A DNA stretch of 63,767 nt, counting the filler, from Folioceros fuciformis (taxonomy: Eukaryota): NCBI GenBank assembly GCA_049999805.1. It is 5 parts of 4 records of this genome, joined end to end, with 100 filler letters (N's around TTAATTAATTAA, not from the genome) between each part and the next. Parts side by side here need not be neighbours in the genome. Positions count along the whole stretch, not along the records: positions 18,193 to 38,716 come from JBNGIO010005682.1; positions 38,817 to 55,100 come from JBNGIO010005683.1; 3 more parts are not named here. One strand, 5' to 3'. This document shows positions 35,691 to 48,712 of the stretch, one piece after another. The first letter of the stretch is position 1, and each line of letters opens with the position of its first letter. Made by a program: the position numbers and the translations under genes. The notes under the pieces were generated by a model that made no database searches, had not been told where the DNA came from, and saw only the letters and a program-made list of their open reading frames with translations.

Positions 35691-37389
35691 GGCTGCACTT
35701 CGAATCTAGTGAGGAAGAGTGAGCTGAGAGACTAAGGAGGACCCTAGAAGATTGTTAAGGTTGCTGGAGAATTGAAGAAAATTACTGAGAAGTTGCTGGA
35801 TGATTGAGGAAGAGTGCTGAAGTTTGGATGTGATTCCTGGAGAATTCCTAAGGGATTTCGAAGTGTTTGTGAGTGGCTGTTGAAGATTGTTGAAGCTTGT
35901 AAGGAGTTGTGAAGGATTGTTGAGGATTCGCTGGAGATTTGTGGAAGTTGCTGGGAGATTAAAGATACTTGGAGAAAGGCCTGTGAGGAATAAGTGTACA
36001 CCACAGTTCTGGTGTGTTTTACATGTGTGGAGAGTGATGCATGGGTGTGTGAGAGTGTGTGGCTGATATGAGAGAACTTGTCCCCCAAGGATTAGCCTAT
36101 GCCTGTGTGAGGAGCATCCAATAAGCCAGATTTGTGAATCTGGAAGCCCTTGGAGCAGAAACCCGTGATGGAACCCGCAGCGGCGCATGCGCCGGGAAAA
36201 TATTAGTAAGGGTTTCAGGTGGGGCCCACCATGATCGTGGAACCCACTATCGGTCGTGGAAGCTACTAGTGGTCGCGGAGACCACGACCGCAGTCGTAGA
36301 GTAGGGACAAGAGTCGTAGAGTAGGGTCGCAGTAGCTAGACTAACTGAGGGGTAGTGGAAGGGCGTAGTCGGTAGAAGAACTGGTAGTAGGTAAGGCCTA
36401 ACCTAGGTAAGAGCCAGTAGTAGAAGAAACCTGTGTTACTTAGCACAAATCATTCCCTTGGGATTGAATCCCATGGCTACAATGACATAGAGGGTTTGTG
36501 TGGGCTTCGCGGTGTCCTCGGACACAACATTTTACTCTAAACCCTTCAATGTCTATTGCTAGCAAAATACCCTTTGGGTATAATTAGACTTTTCATCGGA
36601 ATTGTTGTTTATATATCAACAAGTTCAAAACACATAGAGGTCATGGACCAAAACAAAGCTTTTCTTCTCAACCATAGCGATGTTCTCCGAGTGTTGCTTC
36701 TTGCAAGCCTATCACATGAATCTAGTATAAATTCGTTAGCCATTATGAGTAGAATTGTCAACAGAAGGCAAGAGAGCCTAAGCACAACATATCTCCTACA
36801 AAGAGCAATGCTACTTCAAAAAAAACTAAGCATCTCACCATTCTTGCACTTTGTTTGTCAACCACATAGATTCCTTTTGACAACTAGTTCTTAGATTCTA
36901 GGGCTATAAGTGACATTTACTTTCATAGAACAGCTCTCTTTGTTTTCACACCAAGGAAAACTTTTCTACACAATTTGATGGTCTTTTACATTCATTCTTT
37001 ATTGTTGTGTAAGGAATTGTGTTGACTAGCTCATTTGGAGGAGTAGGCTATTTTCTACCCTTTATACATGAATGGAATATATACTTAGATGTCTTCCTCC
37101 TACACCATAGAAGTGAAGGCTTGGATTGTTTCCAAGCATAGGTCCTTTATGCACAACGAGAGATTACTACTAAGATGTGGATATTGCAAATGGATAACGG
37201 TGGTAAGTACAATTATGGTTTTGCATCCTTGTGTGAAGGAGAAAGTATTTTGTACTAGTTCACCATGCTCTATACTCCAACTCACAATGCTCATTCTAAG
37301 CATCAAAACAAAAATTAAAGAATGTATATTAGCATCTCTTACTTTGCTAGACTCACCCATGGTTATGGGGTAGAGGTGTGGTGGCCAAA

Positions 37390-37874
37390 CCCTGGGCAAT
37401 TGTTTGCCAAGAAGTTCAACCTTTAGTATTCACACTTATCCCACTGTCATTGAGACATTGGGTTTCATTCCCATGAAGGAGCGATGAGGTTCCTCACTAC
37501 TATGGAGGGTCAAACTCAATCAACTCGATGACAGATTCAAGGGCTCCCCTCCAACACTGATCAAACGTGGGAAAATCTTCGCTATCCAGCAGCCGACTGC
37601 ACCTCTCTTGGTGCCCACAAACTCACTCCAGCCACTACAACGACACTAACCTCTCAGGTCTGTGACTTTCCTCACTCACTCACTCATTCCAACACCAACA
37701 ACACCTTCTACACTTTTCTATCAACTCCCGCACTCAACAAGAGTCACTCAACTAGAGTAACCTCAAAGAAGAACATGTCACTATCCATGATCCTACTAGA
37801 CACCATGCAAGCATGGTCGGCACTCACTCTAGTCCTGCAAGGAAACAAGAGGGACATATCATAGGGACGTGACA
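37390..37874. mobile_element. Probable LTR relic
   Basis: Contains the inverted copy of 18193-18340 and ends in GGGACGTGACA, a typical Gypsy LTR terminus. Confidence 0.4.
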
Positions 37875-38716
37875 CAAATAGCACAATCAAGAATAAAGGG
37901 GCCCAACCCTTAACCATGGCCATTGCTTCTCAAAGCTTTACTAGGCGCTGCACAACACACATAACTGGCACACATTGCTTCATCTTCAACCAGGGACAGC
38001 TTGAGAGAGAGCACTAAGTGATAAGCGGGTTTTAGAGGCTCTCAGCCTCTTATAGAAGACTCCTAGCTCTAATCCCTCTTACTCTCTCTATAGATTGACT
38101 ACTACGACATAATAACTAAAGTATTAGTTTATTCCAAACTATTATTCTAAGCTAGTCTACCCTACCATCAATTTAACGAGTTGCCAACCCCCTTGTTGAT
38201 CCTACCAACAGCCCTTGTAGAACCTTGGCTGTTGACTACTCTTCCGGATATGGTGGGTGCCGCCTTCTTATTGCTGAGTGGCTGCTTGCAAAGTCTTCCT
38301 CTACCACTATTTCCATGGTGGTTGAGGTTGCCTCTAGTCCAGTCACCTTCACCCCTACAACATCTCCCTTAATGGTTCCCACGGTGGTTGATGTATAGCC
38401 CTCATGGGAGGAGCACATGCCATTCTATTAATTTAGTCATAAAATGGTGTTCTATGAGGCCCATGGACAGTAGGTCAAACCTACTCGGGAAGTGTTAGTA
38501 GCAAAAAAAACACAGCAGAAGGAGTCAATGGGGAGGTTGCAGGAGCTGAACTCCCACATGAGTAGGTTAGGATGACAAACAGGCAAGCAATACATCTAGC
38601 CAACCAAGAGAAGTAGCAGTGTGGAGGAAAAACCCCGGGCACTGATTGCCAACGGGTTCCACCTTTAGTGGCCACACTTATCCCACTGTCGTTGAGACAT
38701 TGGGTTTCGTTCCCAC

Positions 38717-38816
38717 NNNNNNNNNNNNNNNNNNNNNNNNNNNNNNNNNNNNNNNNNNNNTTAATTAATTAANNNNNNNNNNNNNNNNNNNNNNNNNNNN
38801 NNNNNNNNNNNNNNNN
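38717..38816. other. Artificial scaffold spacer
   Basis: 44 N + TTAATTAATTAA + 44 N. Confidence 0.97.
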
Positions 38817-38858
38817 GGCTGGGCTGGGCTGGGCTGGGCTGGGCTGGGCTGGGCTGGG
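38817..38858. repeat. (GGGCT)n microsatellite at scaffold start
   Basis: About 8 perfect pentamer units. Confidence 0.9.
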
Positions 38859-41287
38859 TTGGGTCCGGACAAGGCACATGTGAGCAGGGCTCACAGCAGT
38901 AGCACAGCTAAACAGCATTGGGCAGCGCAGAGCGCGCTGCAACCTGATCGGATCCCACGAAATATTTGCGTTGGCGACCAGAGATCTGGAGCGGCAGCCA
39001 GGGGCAGGAATAGCGATGATGGTGCCCACTGTCCACTCTCATCTTTTTACTCATTCCCATCACTAGCACGGTCCAGACGGTACGAGCGGGCGGGAGGTGG
39101 CCTGTCGTCATTAGCCGGCCATTTGCTCTACGCACTACCAGGCAGAGGCAGAGGCAGCGGCAGGGGCAGGGGCACCGGGCAAGGCAAATTTGTCCACACG
39201 GCAGGATGGTATGTTGCGTGAAGAAGTCGGAGGTTGGTTGAGACGAATAAGGGGAGGTAGGTCTCACAATCAGGGTTCCGGGCTTCCTGCTCCGGCTCCT
39301 CCTCTCCAGTTCCGACAAGGGCTCCGGCTCCGGCCCAAGCCCCGGCTCCGGAGTCCAGTTCTCAACAACTGCCACTCGCGGAAACCCCGCTCAGTGCCTG
39401 ACAGCGGCATGTGCACTCACAAATGCTACCAAACCAGACAAAGCCAGCGACTGGCCGCTTCCAGGCACTCTCCGCTCCCCCATAGGCTGCTGCTAATACA
39501 GACTCCTATACGCTCACGTTGCATTTGCTGTGAGGAGATATGGTCGGAAGCCCGATCGAAGATACCTCCCAGGCCCCCCTCTCCTCGCCTNNNNNNNNNN
39601 NNNNNNNNNNNNNNNNNNNNNNNNNNNNNNNNNNNNNNNNNNNNNNNNNNNNNNNNNNNNNNNNNNNNNNNNNNNNNNNNNNNNNNNNNNTGCAATGGCC
39701 TCACATCGTGGTGTCTCCCCTGCGTTTTCTCGGGCATCACCGTACAGTAGAAACAGTCCATACATACGTCCATAGCTCCGATTCGTGGAAATGCTTGCCA
39801 ATGGCCTGTCCTGGTTCCGCCTGAGAATCAGGTGCGTGAAGCTTTGGCTCACAAACCCTAGACTCGGTACCACTTTACCTCTTAATGGCCCTGTTGCTTG
39901 ATAGGTGCAACTGACCTTGCGCACCGCATGTATCGTGGTCCAGAATGATGTGCTTTTCCTACCACAGGAATCACCACTCATGCCGCTAATCTAATTTGGT
40001 GCACCAGCCCAGGCCACGCAGCACGATTCGCTCCAGCCCGGCCAAGTGCCATCTACTGTACATGTCGATTCATCGCATCGGGCACCGAGGTGGGTGCAAG
40101 AACTCGTCTCTCCACAAGTGATACTCGTCAGATATTTGTGTTGAAAATTTATTGGCCTGCTTGTCCATACTGTGTTGTGAGAGCATATTGTCAGAGATGC
40201 CAAACAGCTTTTCCCATACTCGAGCGAGCCCGAACGACCAAACCTCTCGAGCTTCGAGCTGGGCCTCCATCATTCCCTACTCCTCGCCTTGCAGTGTTAC
40301 ATATCTCCCCACATTTAATTAATCGCTTGCCTATGGTCCTCGCCTGTGCACCGTGGCCGAGCCCCATGGGCCATTAGGTGTGTACAACAAGATTCTGTTG
40401 TCCACAGTCCAGGTGGCTCATCAGAGACGGCCACAGGCAGAGATCTCCAGGCAGGCCCACTTCACGGCGCTAGCTATAGCTAGGAGCTACAAGGAGAATT
40501 ATTAAGGCTGCCAGCGGGGGAGCGGCCGGGCTCTTTACAGTTTCACACACAGCAGCCCGGTAATGACGGGGACAAAGCCAGACTGTTGCCACTCTGCTGC
40601 TCCGGCGAGCCTCTCACCGCCACAACCGACCAGCGACCACGGACCGGGCACCTGGCAGACCAGGATCCAGCATTCAACTCGCTGCTGGCTGCATCACTGA
40701 CGCCATGGCCCCTCAGGCCCATGCCCATGACATGTCTTGGTCCCGGACTCGAGCGGCCCGTGCGATTGACAAGTCGCAACAAGCTGGTGACGTCTATGAA
40801 TGTGGCATGCGCATGGAGTGTCCTGGACTGGACTGTCTTTTTCCGTTGGGTCGTCCGTCAGAACGTTGGAATGTCGTCCACGAAAAAAAAGAAAAACGTG
40901 CTTTTCTGCTCACCTTATCAAGCCTGGGGCCCCCGGCGGGGGCACAAGTGGACCAATAATGGCCGCCCTCGGACATTGGATGGCGACGTCCCTATTCCTC
41001 TCCCAACGTTCGTCGCCCGTGTTGGTGGATGGGCCGCCTGATTGTGGTACCACAATCTCCTTGCTGCCGGAACCCTCACTGCTCGGCGGGGGATCGATCC
41101 CGTACCGGAGCAGCACACGGCGGTGGATGGTCGGATCACCGACTTGGCGACTTTGTGTAGGCGGTATGTACGGGTCGCAGGATTTTTGTGCTGGAGAGGT
41201 GTAGCAGGTGTGCAGGTGCAGGTGCCAGATGCTCTTGGGTCCTGCGGAAGTGTCACCCACAAGCTGCCTTGCCTCCCGCAGTCCGCA

Positions 41288-43355
41288 ATGGTGAGTCTTG
41301 CGGCAACCCCGGCAGCTTTCTCCTCTCCTTTGCACCAGTCCCTGAGAAGCACGTGTATTTGTCCCGCCCCTGCCCATGTCGCTGCCCCCTTGTCCTGCCC
41401 CTCAAGCTCCTTTCCCCCTGGCACATCACTGCACAAGAATGCCCATGGAGCGGCTCAAAAGTCGACCCTGACGCACTCCGTGCTGAGAATACCGCCTGGA
41501 ACTGGTCCGCACTTGTCCTGTTCTCCACCAAGGAAACTTGAAACTCGTCCGGTCATTTTGAGAGCTGACCTTCGGGTTTTGGCTTTCCTAATGTGATGTT
41601 GTGCAGCAGCGGGAAGGAGAGTCCTCCGCGTAGCTGCCCTTGACGCAGCCCAGCCATTTGACTACGAGACTAAGCAGTTGCAGGATATAGAGATGGACAG
41701 CAAGTTGAAAGTGGGGATTGTGGGCTTCGGGAATTTCGGGCAGTTTCTGGCCAGGAGAATCGCAGCCCAGGGTCATCATGTCATGGCCCACTCTAGATCC
41801 GATTACTCTCAACTAGCGGACGACATGGGGGTGAGCTACTTCAGGTGAGGATGTTCGCCCTTCACCCCTGCTTTGCAACCACTGCACACCATTATGTTTT
41901 GCCCTAACATTTTGGAGATTGCAGGGATCCAGATGATTTCTGCGAGGAGCACCCCGATGTTGTAATTTTGTGTACATCAATTTTGTCCACGGAGGCTGTC
42001 CTTGGTGCCCTTCCACTCGGGCGCCTGAAAAGGAGTACCTTGTTTGTGGATGTCTTGTCGGTAAAAGAGTTCCCAAAAAGTCTCTTCTTGCAGGTGGGGT
42101 GATCATCGGTAGATGCATAGCTCTCCCGCTTTCGTCAGCTCTTACTGTTGTTTGACATCTTCGCAATGTTCCAGGTTCTGCCGGCAGAGTTTGATATACT
42201 CTGCACCCATCCCATGTTTGGGCCGGAGAGTGGCAAAGATTCATGGTCAGAACTGCCATTTGTGTACGAAAGAGTACGAGTTGCGTCGGAAAGATCCCGC
42301 ACAGATCGATGTGACAAATTTCTTAAGATTTTTGAGAGTGAGGTAATTTTCCAGACAGCCTTGGATTCAGTGCATTAGCTGCAGCTCAGCTCAAATATCT
42401 TCAAAGTGAGGGGAGGGGTGGTGTCTACCGCTGTTCCGGCTGAGTTAACTTGAAGCTAGTGCATCTTCTTGTAGGGGTGCCGAATGGTGGAGATGTCCTG
42501 CTCAGAGCATGACCGATTTGCTGCTGGCTCCCAGTTCATCACTCACACTGTTGGAAGGTAATTTTTCAGCACAGCTCCAAGGTAAAGTGACCACAGAAGG
42601 ATGGGGGTGGTTGCTGAAGGCAGCTGTTGAACTCTGTCACAGGGTCCTTGGCAAATTGGCCTTGGAGTCTACACCCATTAATACCAAAGGTTATGAGACA
42701 TTGCTCCGGCTGGTAATTCCTTGTGTTTGCCCTTGTCCTTCTGGTACTTGTAGTCTCCAGTCTTCGTGTCGTGAAAGCTTTTAACGTTGAATAGGGATGT
42801 GGATGGTGTTGTATTCCCTCGGTTCTGCAGATCCGATGACTAGCAAGGATCTGATGAACACTTATCACAATTCTGTGTTTGTGGCACAAATTCTTTTAGG
42901 TTGAGAACACCTCAGGAGATAGTTACGACCTGTACTATGGACTGTTCATGTACAATATTAATGCTACAGAGCAGGTACTTTGAATTGTGTTATTGCGGCT
43001 CCAGATGGCACTAGGTTTTTGTTCTCCTAAGCAACACTCAATTTTTTCTGTTGGTTTTTTTAACCAGCTGGAGCGTCTGGAACTTGCTTTTGATTCTGTT
43101 AAGAAGCAACTGTTTGGTCAGTTGCACAACGTTTTAAGACATCAGCTATTCGATGCTACGGAGATGGCAAAACCAGCAACTCCACCTGTGCAGAATGGAC
43201 AGACACCACGGAAAGCTCTTCCAGCACCTTCTGCCACCACTGACGTGGCGAGCCTCCTGTCCAAGTCGATTGCAGGTGAGGCTAGCATGAACGGCGTGCC
43301 TTCTGCTGAGCCTGCTCTGAGGACGAAACCTGATTTGACCAGGACTCAACAGTGA
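41288..43355 (+). CDS. TyrA: Plastid arogenate dehydrogenase (TyrA family), 435 aa. Exons 41288-41504, 41607-41844, 41925-42093, 42175-42342, 42475-42557, 42643-42712, 42900-42974, 43068-43355
   Basis: All introns are GT-AG and phase-compatible (1308 nt total). Motifs DAAQPFDYE, GIVGFGNFGQF, DVLSVKEFP, CTHPMFGPESG, EHDRFAAGSQFITH, TPINTKGYE, DSYDLYYGLFMYN. Ser/Pro/Ala-rich transit-peptide-like N-terminus. Exon 1 is the least certain. Confidence 0.93.
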
Positions 43356-43923
43356 CAAATTCTGTAGCTGCGAAATTAATTTTTTTGGGGTGCATCTTGT
43401 TTAGTCATTGCCGATCTTTGCTGATGGGGAAGTCATGGAGTTTATGGGGCATTGAACTGCTGGGTCGTGGGAGCACAAGGGACTCTCTGTGGCCCACTCC
43501 ACGCTATGTGGCGGGTTGCAAGTACAACGTGGTCAAGGATGTTAGGGGCCTAGCCCAACCGCAGCTTGGCCAAGGGTGTCACTACTATTTTGACAGGGAC
43601 CTATCTATGTTACTTCTGAGAGAAAGGGACCAGTCCGCATAGGAGATGTTGATCTGCCCTGCCCATGGTTAGTGAGTGATACACTTCTTGTGAAGAAGGG
43701 ATCCCCAACAGTTTTTTTTCAATCTAATAAATGAGTCACGTTTGCTGAAAATGATGCTCTTGCACCAGTGTTGGCCCACCAAGAAAATACCAATTCAAAC
43801 CTCTTGTCACAAGAGAGGGATCTTCTCGGGTCAAAACGGCAAGTCAGTCTCTAGATACCGATAAGTACGTGCCGTCTGTGCCGTTGGGGCAGTGTTTGTG
43901 AGCGAAGGAAACGAGCCCCAACT

Positions 43924-44399
43924 TCAGGACTCGGCAATTCTTTCAAGCTCCGCTCTGAGCTGCTGAGAAAAATCGTCACTTACATCATCATCGTCCCAAT
44001 CGTCTTCCCATATCTGCGTTGCCTCTACCTCTCCTAGCTGACCATTCCAATCTGTGAAAGCATTAAAACATAAAATATTCCTCTCAGCTACAATGGTACT
44101 TCACATGAGCGAGGGCCCAAAGAATTGCAAAATCCCAAGGGATGGTTCAACCTTAGCCTAAAAATATCCCCTCCGCGTCCTCCTTCCCCGAGGAAACACA
44201 TGAGAACATTCAGCATGACAAAGCCCAAAAACAGAGCATGCAGAGGCAGGAACCTACAAGCTCCGGTAGCAAGAACCTCACCTTCCGTCTCGAACTCCTC
44301 AAACACGTCGTCGTCTTCAAGAACCTCCAGCTTGGTATCAGAAGGCAGCACAGTCTCATTGCCCACGACTTCTTGAGCATCGGCCGGGGTAGCCGCCAT
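43924..44399 (-). CDS. DSS1: DSS1/SEM1 (26S proteasome lid / BRCA2 partner), 81 aa. Exons 44399-44282 and 44051-43924
   Basis: Spliced product [15 protein letters not shown]...[23 protein letters not shown] carries the family signature. GT-AG intron in phase 1. Confidence 0.93.
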
Positions 44400-44599
44400 G
44401 ATTGATAGACGCCGCCTATTAACTATACTGGTTGTACTTCAACTTGATGTGGATGGGAAGCTTTAGGTCACATATCAACAAGTTTTCCTTCTTAGGGCCT
44501 CCCAATCCACGCAGTTTTTTACAGGCTTTAATTCCACGGTTTCGCGGACTTTTGATATCGCTTCATGTCGCTCCCGCCTACGTTTGGCGGTTCACGACC

Positions 44600-44760
44600 G
44601 AGGCTTAGATGCAGCTTCCTGATCTGGAATCTTCGAAGGCTTATACGCAGCTTCCTGATCTTGTATGTACGAAGCCTGAGGTGCAGCTTCCTAATCTGGA
44701 GTCTTCGAAGGCTTGGTTGCATCTTCCTGATCTGTAGTCTCCGGAGGTTAGATGCAGCTT
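44600..44760. repeat. ~38-bp degenerate tandem repeat, about 4 units
   Basis: GAGGCTTAGATGCAGCTTCCTGATCTGG... recurs. Confidence 0.8.
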
Positions 44761-45020
44761 AAGGTATGTCCGTCCAAGTAGCTTATTTAGCCTAAAATCG
44801 ACATACATATCTTGAGAAAATAGTAGCCAAATGGACCAACTCTGCAATAGAGACCCGGATGGTGAGCCTAGAAAGGAATTACTATGGTGCTCAGTAGCCT
44901 AGGTCAATTCGTGGAGTAGGTTATCTAGAGCCGGAGTTCCATGGTGGCATGTCGTCCTTTGTGAACAGAAAAAGTCGTTTGTTTGTGCTTGATCTGGAGT
45001 CATGGGAGGCTAAGATTGGA

Positions 45021-45335
45021 GTCAGAGGCTTAGATGCCCGAAGTATGGTATGCCAAAGAGGATAGAGAGTGTGTCAGAGGCTTAGATGCCTAAAGTATGG
45101 TATGCCGAAGAGGATAGAGAGTGTGTTAGAGGCTTAGATGCCTTAAGTATGGTATGCCGAAGAGGATAGAGAGTGTGTCAAAGGCTTATATGCCCTAAGT
45201 ATGGTATGCCAAAGAGGATAGAGAGTGTGTCAAAGGCTTAGATGCCCTAAGTATGGTATGCCAAAGAGGATAGAGAGTGTGTCCAAGGCTTAGATGCCTT
45301 TAAGTATGGTATGCCAAAGAGGATAGAGAGTGTGT
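45021..45335. repeat. 52-bp minisatellite, 6 units
   Basis: Units start at 45021, 45073, 45125, 45177, 45229 and 45281. Confidence 0.95.
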
Positions 45336-48300
45336 GACCGGGACCTCCTTACCCACGCTATACATCCTCATTGTGTATGCTTTGGTGCTTTAATGAGCAA
45401 GACCCCCTTTCCCAAAGAAGACAACAAACTTGCACATCAATGGACTGGCCAATTGTGTCTAGTCATGGTCTTGGTCGTTTCATAGGGAATCTAACACACA
45501 CATTGTCCATACTACCAAAACACACGTGACTTGCTTCTACTTGCTACACGCATAACAAAATCATATCATAGCACTTTTATTCTCCAATATTTAGCAACAA
45601 GCATATTGCCCCCATTTCACGGGAACTCTAGCTCATCAACTGCTTAAGCATCTACACTAAGAGGCTTGGAGGGTCACTTGAAGCCCAACTTGTCCACAAT
45701 GCGGCCCTTCGGCCATAGTGGTCCACACAAATCCACAATGAGTATGACTAGGCCAAGTTGCATTAGCCATGCCAAAGTCCATGTAGGGCACATAGTCAGC
45801 CAAAGCTCTGATTCCAAGCATGCATGTTGTCACCAAAGTGGAAAGCCACAACTTGCAATCGCTTCACCACACTTCCATACTACATACAGGACTCCTTATG
45901 CTTGTAGGGTTCACAAAAAAGCAAGGTTGTCATGAAAAAGGAAAAAAATTCCACTGCTAGACTTTGGACTATGATCCATCCACCATTGAAGTGCATAGCA
46001 AGACTTCACTCGTGAAGGTCTCAGCATCTTAATGAGTGAGGACTACATCAGCTAGCATTCCATTCCACAGAAACACAGTTATGGGTCTCAACTAGCATTC
46101 TAGCAATTGGAAAAGAGTTCACTCTCACCTAAAATCAGTCATTGTCCACAACAAAGGAATTTTACAATAGCCCCATCCGCCAACATCAATTCTGACAACA
46201 CACACACCTTAAGAAGGTCTCACAACAACAACATTGTTCCCCTTGCTGCCCAAAATTCAATCTTAGCAACAAAAGTAAGTGAGTTGTAGTAAGTCGTTCC
46301 AACAGGTTTAGGGATTGCAAATCTTCAACAACACTCATAGACAACTACCACATCCAACTGCAAACATTAGGATCATTAATCAATTCCAACTTCAACCTTG
46401 AAATTTGAAGTTTTATGATTTCTGAAGTTCAGAAATCATAAACACTAGTGATTTATCCCGCATAATCAGTACAATCCTTAACGGTGGTGGCCTCTCACGC
46501 ACCACCAACCCTCTACACGCACGATGACTTCTAACAACTGATCACCCTAGCCACCTTGCTAGCAACTCAACTATTTTCTCTCTCCACGCTACAACCACCC
46601 TTCTCTCGCCATGCCTCCAATGCTTGTACCAAGTGAATGATAGCTCCAAGTGGTTCACATCACACCGCTTGCATGCTTGACTCACACCACAATCCATGAT
46701 CACTTGCCATTGCTCGATGACTGGCACATTGGTGCTGCTTGGCTGAGCTAGGATCCGGTAGCGACTTGTACGTCGTCAACCACTGTAACTTACAACTGAA
46801 AGACCTAAAAACTAGCCAACTAAATGCTTTGCCAGCATAATTTAGCACAGCTTGTCAAGGTTAAAGACACCAAGGCTCACAGAGGGTGACTTGCATAAGC
46901 CGCATGTTGTTGTTTACACATTTCCTCATGCTCCATTGGCTTCTACATGCAGATGGAGCACAAAGGCAAGTGTTGCCTCAAAGTGAGAACATATCTCTTA
47001 TAACCTTGATCACACGAGGAACAGCAAGGAAACAACATGGAACAACACAAAGTTTAGACTGCCAACAGCAATACATTGCACGCTGCAACATTGACCGATC
47101 ATAAGAGCAAATCTATAGATGTAAGTGCTTCGACCTCATTGGCCTCTTACCCCTCTTTCTCCCCTTCCACAAATAGACCATAGCATCCCCCTCCTCTACT
47201 CCCCTTCTACAAACAAACCACGCAAGAGGTTGATTTCTTGCCATGTCCACAAGCTGCACTCATCCTCAATCCACGTCCACACTTAGTCTTTAAGGCGCAG
47301 GCCCCTCTTCGTGCAATATAGGCACACCAACATCAATGCATGATGCAATTGATTTGCATATGACAAATTAGACTGTTTAGTGCACGCTACAACGATAGGC
47401 CTTGTCCCTTGCATCTTCTAACACCTATATGAATAGTTCTCAACTCGGGTCGTAGATCACACACATTTATCTCTTGACCCTTTCACATTGCATTTTGCCT
47501 TTCCCTTATCAACAAGGGAACCCTGCACAAGTCTAGTTGTTCTAGAGGATTGTTTCTTGCAAACTGCAGTCCCGAATCCTATACTAAGGAACTTATTTAT
47601 TTTAGAAGAACAAGATGGATAAACCCATCTAACCCTAGAGAGGGAGATAAACCATGATAGGAACACTTGGGGCTAACCCCGAAGCCTAATGACCACCAAT
47701 AGCACCTAAAACATCATGGTCTAGGAGGAAAAAGGGTCTACCCACCATTGGGGTTGCTGATGCTGCCTCTCTTGCTAACATTGTTGTCTTGTATATGGCA
47801 TTAGTCAATGCTCGTTGTAGGGCAATAGAAACTCTCCCACCGAAAAAAATGCTTCAATATATTAAAGAGGAAGACCAAGCCCACTTTTCCTATACTCGGC
47901 ACAAATACTATGAAAAATTTATTAAAATAAGAGGAGAGAGAATATCCTCTTTAGCATGACAGTGTGTTGCAAAGATTTATGGCTATTGCACCTCCACATT
48001 TGACTCTAAAGGTCTTATGGTTTTTATCACTTATTGTGTCTTGTTTGGTGAAATGACTTGTGTTATCAAGCGACCAAAGAGGACACCAACACTCCTACGT
48101 CATTTTAGGAATTTCAGAAGGAGGAAGTGAGAGGGTGTGCCCTTTGGCATGCCATGCCTAAGTCACTCAATGAGCAAGTTGTCCAAAGTAGAAGTCCTGT
48201 GGTAGTGTGTCCATCCTTATCTAAGGACACATAGCATGTCACATAAACTGCATTTAGTGTACAATATGTGCACACACTGCAACAAATTAGCAAGGATTTC

Positions 48301-48489
48301 TTTGGGGTCTACCTTTGCGGAGACAAGTACTCAGAGAAACTCAACTCCAACACATACTCCAAACTAAGCTTGTGTTTGGTAAAATGAAGTAGCTAGGATG
48401 CTTGTTTATCCTACCCTGTGGGCACTAGGCATGCCAAAGTGGATGCATAGTCTCTCTCTTAAAAAACACACGCAACATATGTCCCGTTA

Positions 48490-48712
48490 TGGTGCATCCA
48501 TGAATTAGACCCTTGTAACCCATTTTGGTGCATCCGCGAATTAGAATCTTGTAGCCCGTTTTGGTGCATCCATGAATTAGACCCTTGTAGCCCGTTTTGG
48601 TGCATCCATGAATTAGACCCTTGTAGCCCGTTTCGTTGCATCCGTGAATTTGACCCTTCTAGCCTGTTTGGTGCATCCGTGAATTAGACCCTTGTAGCCC
48701 GTTTAGTGCATT
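48490..48712. repeat. 36-bp minisatellite, about 6 units
   Basis: GGTGCATCC(A/G)TGAATTAGACCCTTGTAGCCCGTTTT at 48491, 48527, 48563, 48599 and onward. Confidence 0.92.

Larger units (their letters stand above)
31777..36541 (+). mobile_element. 4.8-kb TG-started element with perfect 5-bp TSD (putative giant solo LTR containing an ORF), copy B
   Basis: CCCTT at 31772-31776 and 36542-36546. Starts TGTAGATGG and ends TTTACTCTAAA (copy A equivalent TTTACTCCACA). No gag/pol and no terminal direct repeat. Confidence 0.85.

Noticed and set aside
38859-41436. Many overlapping GC-rich ORFs of 100-190 aa
   Set aside because: No recognisable domain or consistent splice model apart from TyrA exon 1. High GC explains the open frames, though an unrecognised gene fragment is possible.
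44960-44974. TGTGAACAGAAAAA match to the terminus of the large element
   Set aside because: Only about 14 nt with no further homology, so likely chance.
45021-45335. CRISPR-like array (also 48490-48712 and 53157-53346)
   Set aside because: Units are contiguous with no unique spacers, there are no cas genes, and the context is eukaryotic.
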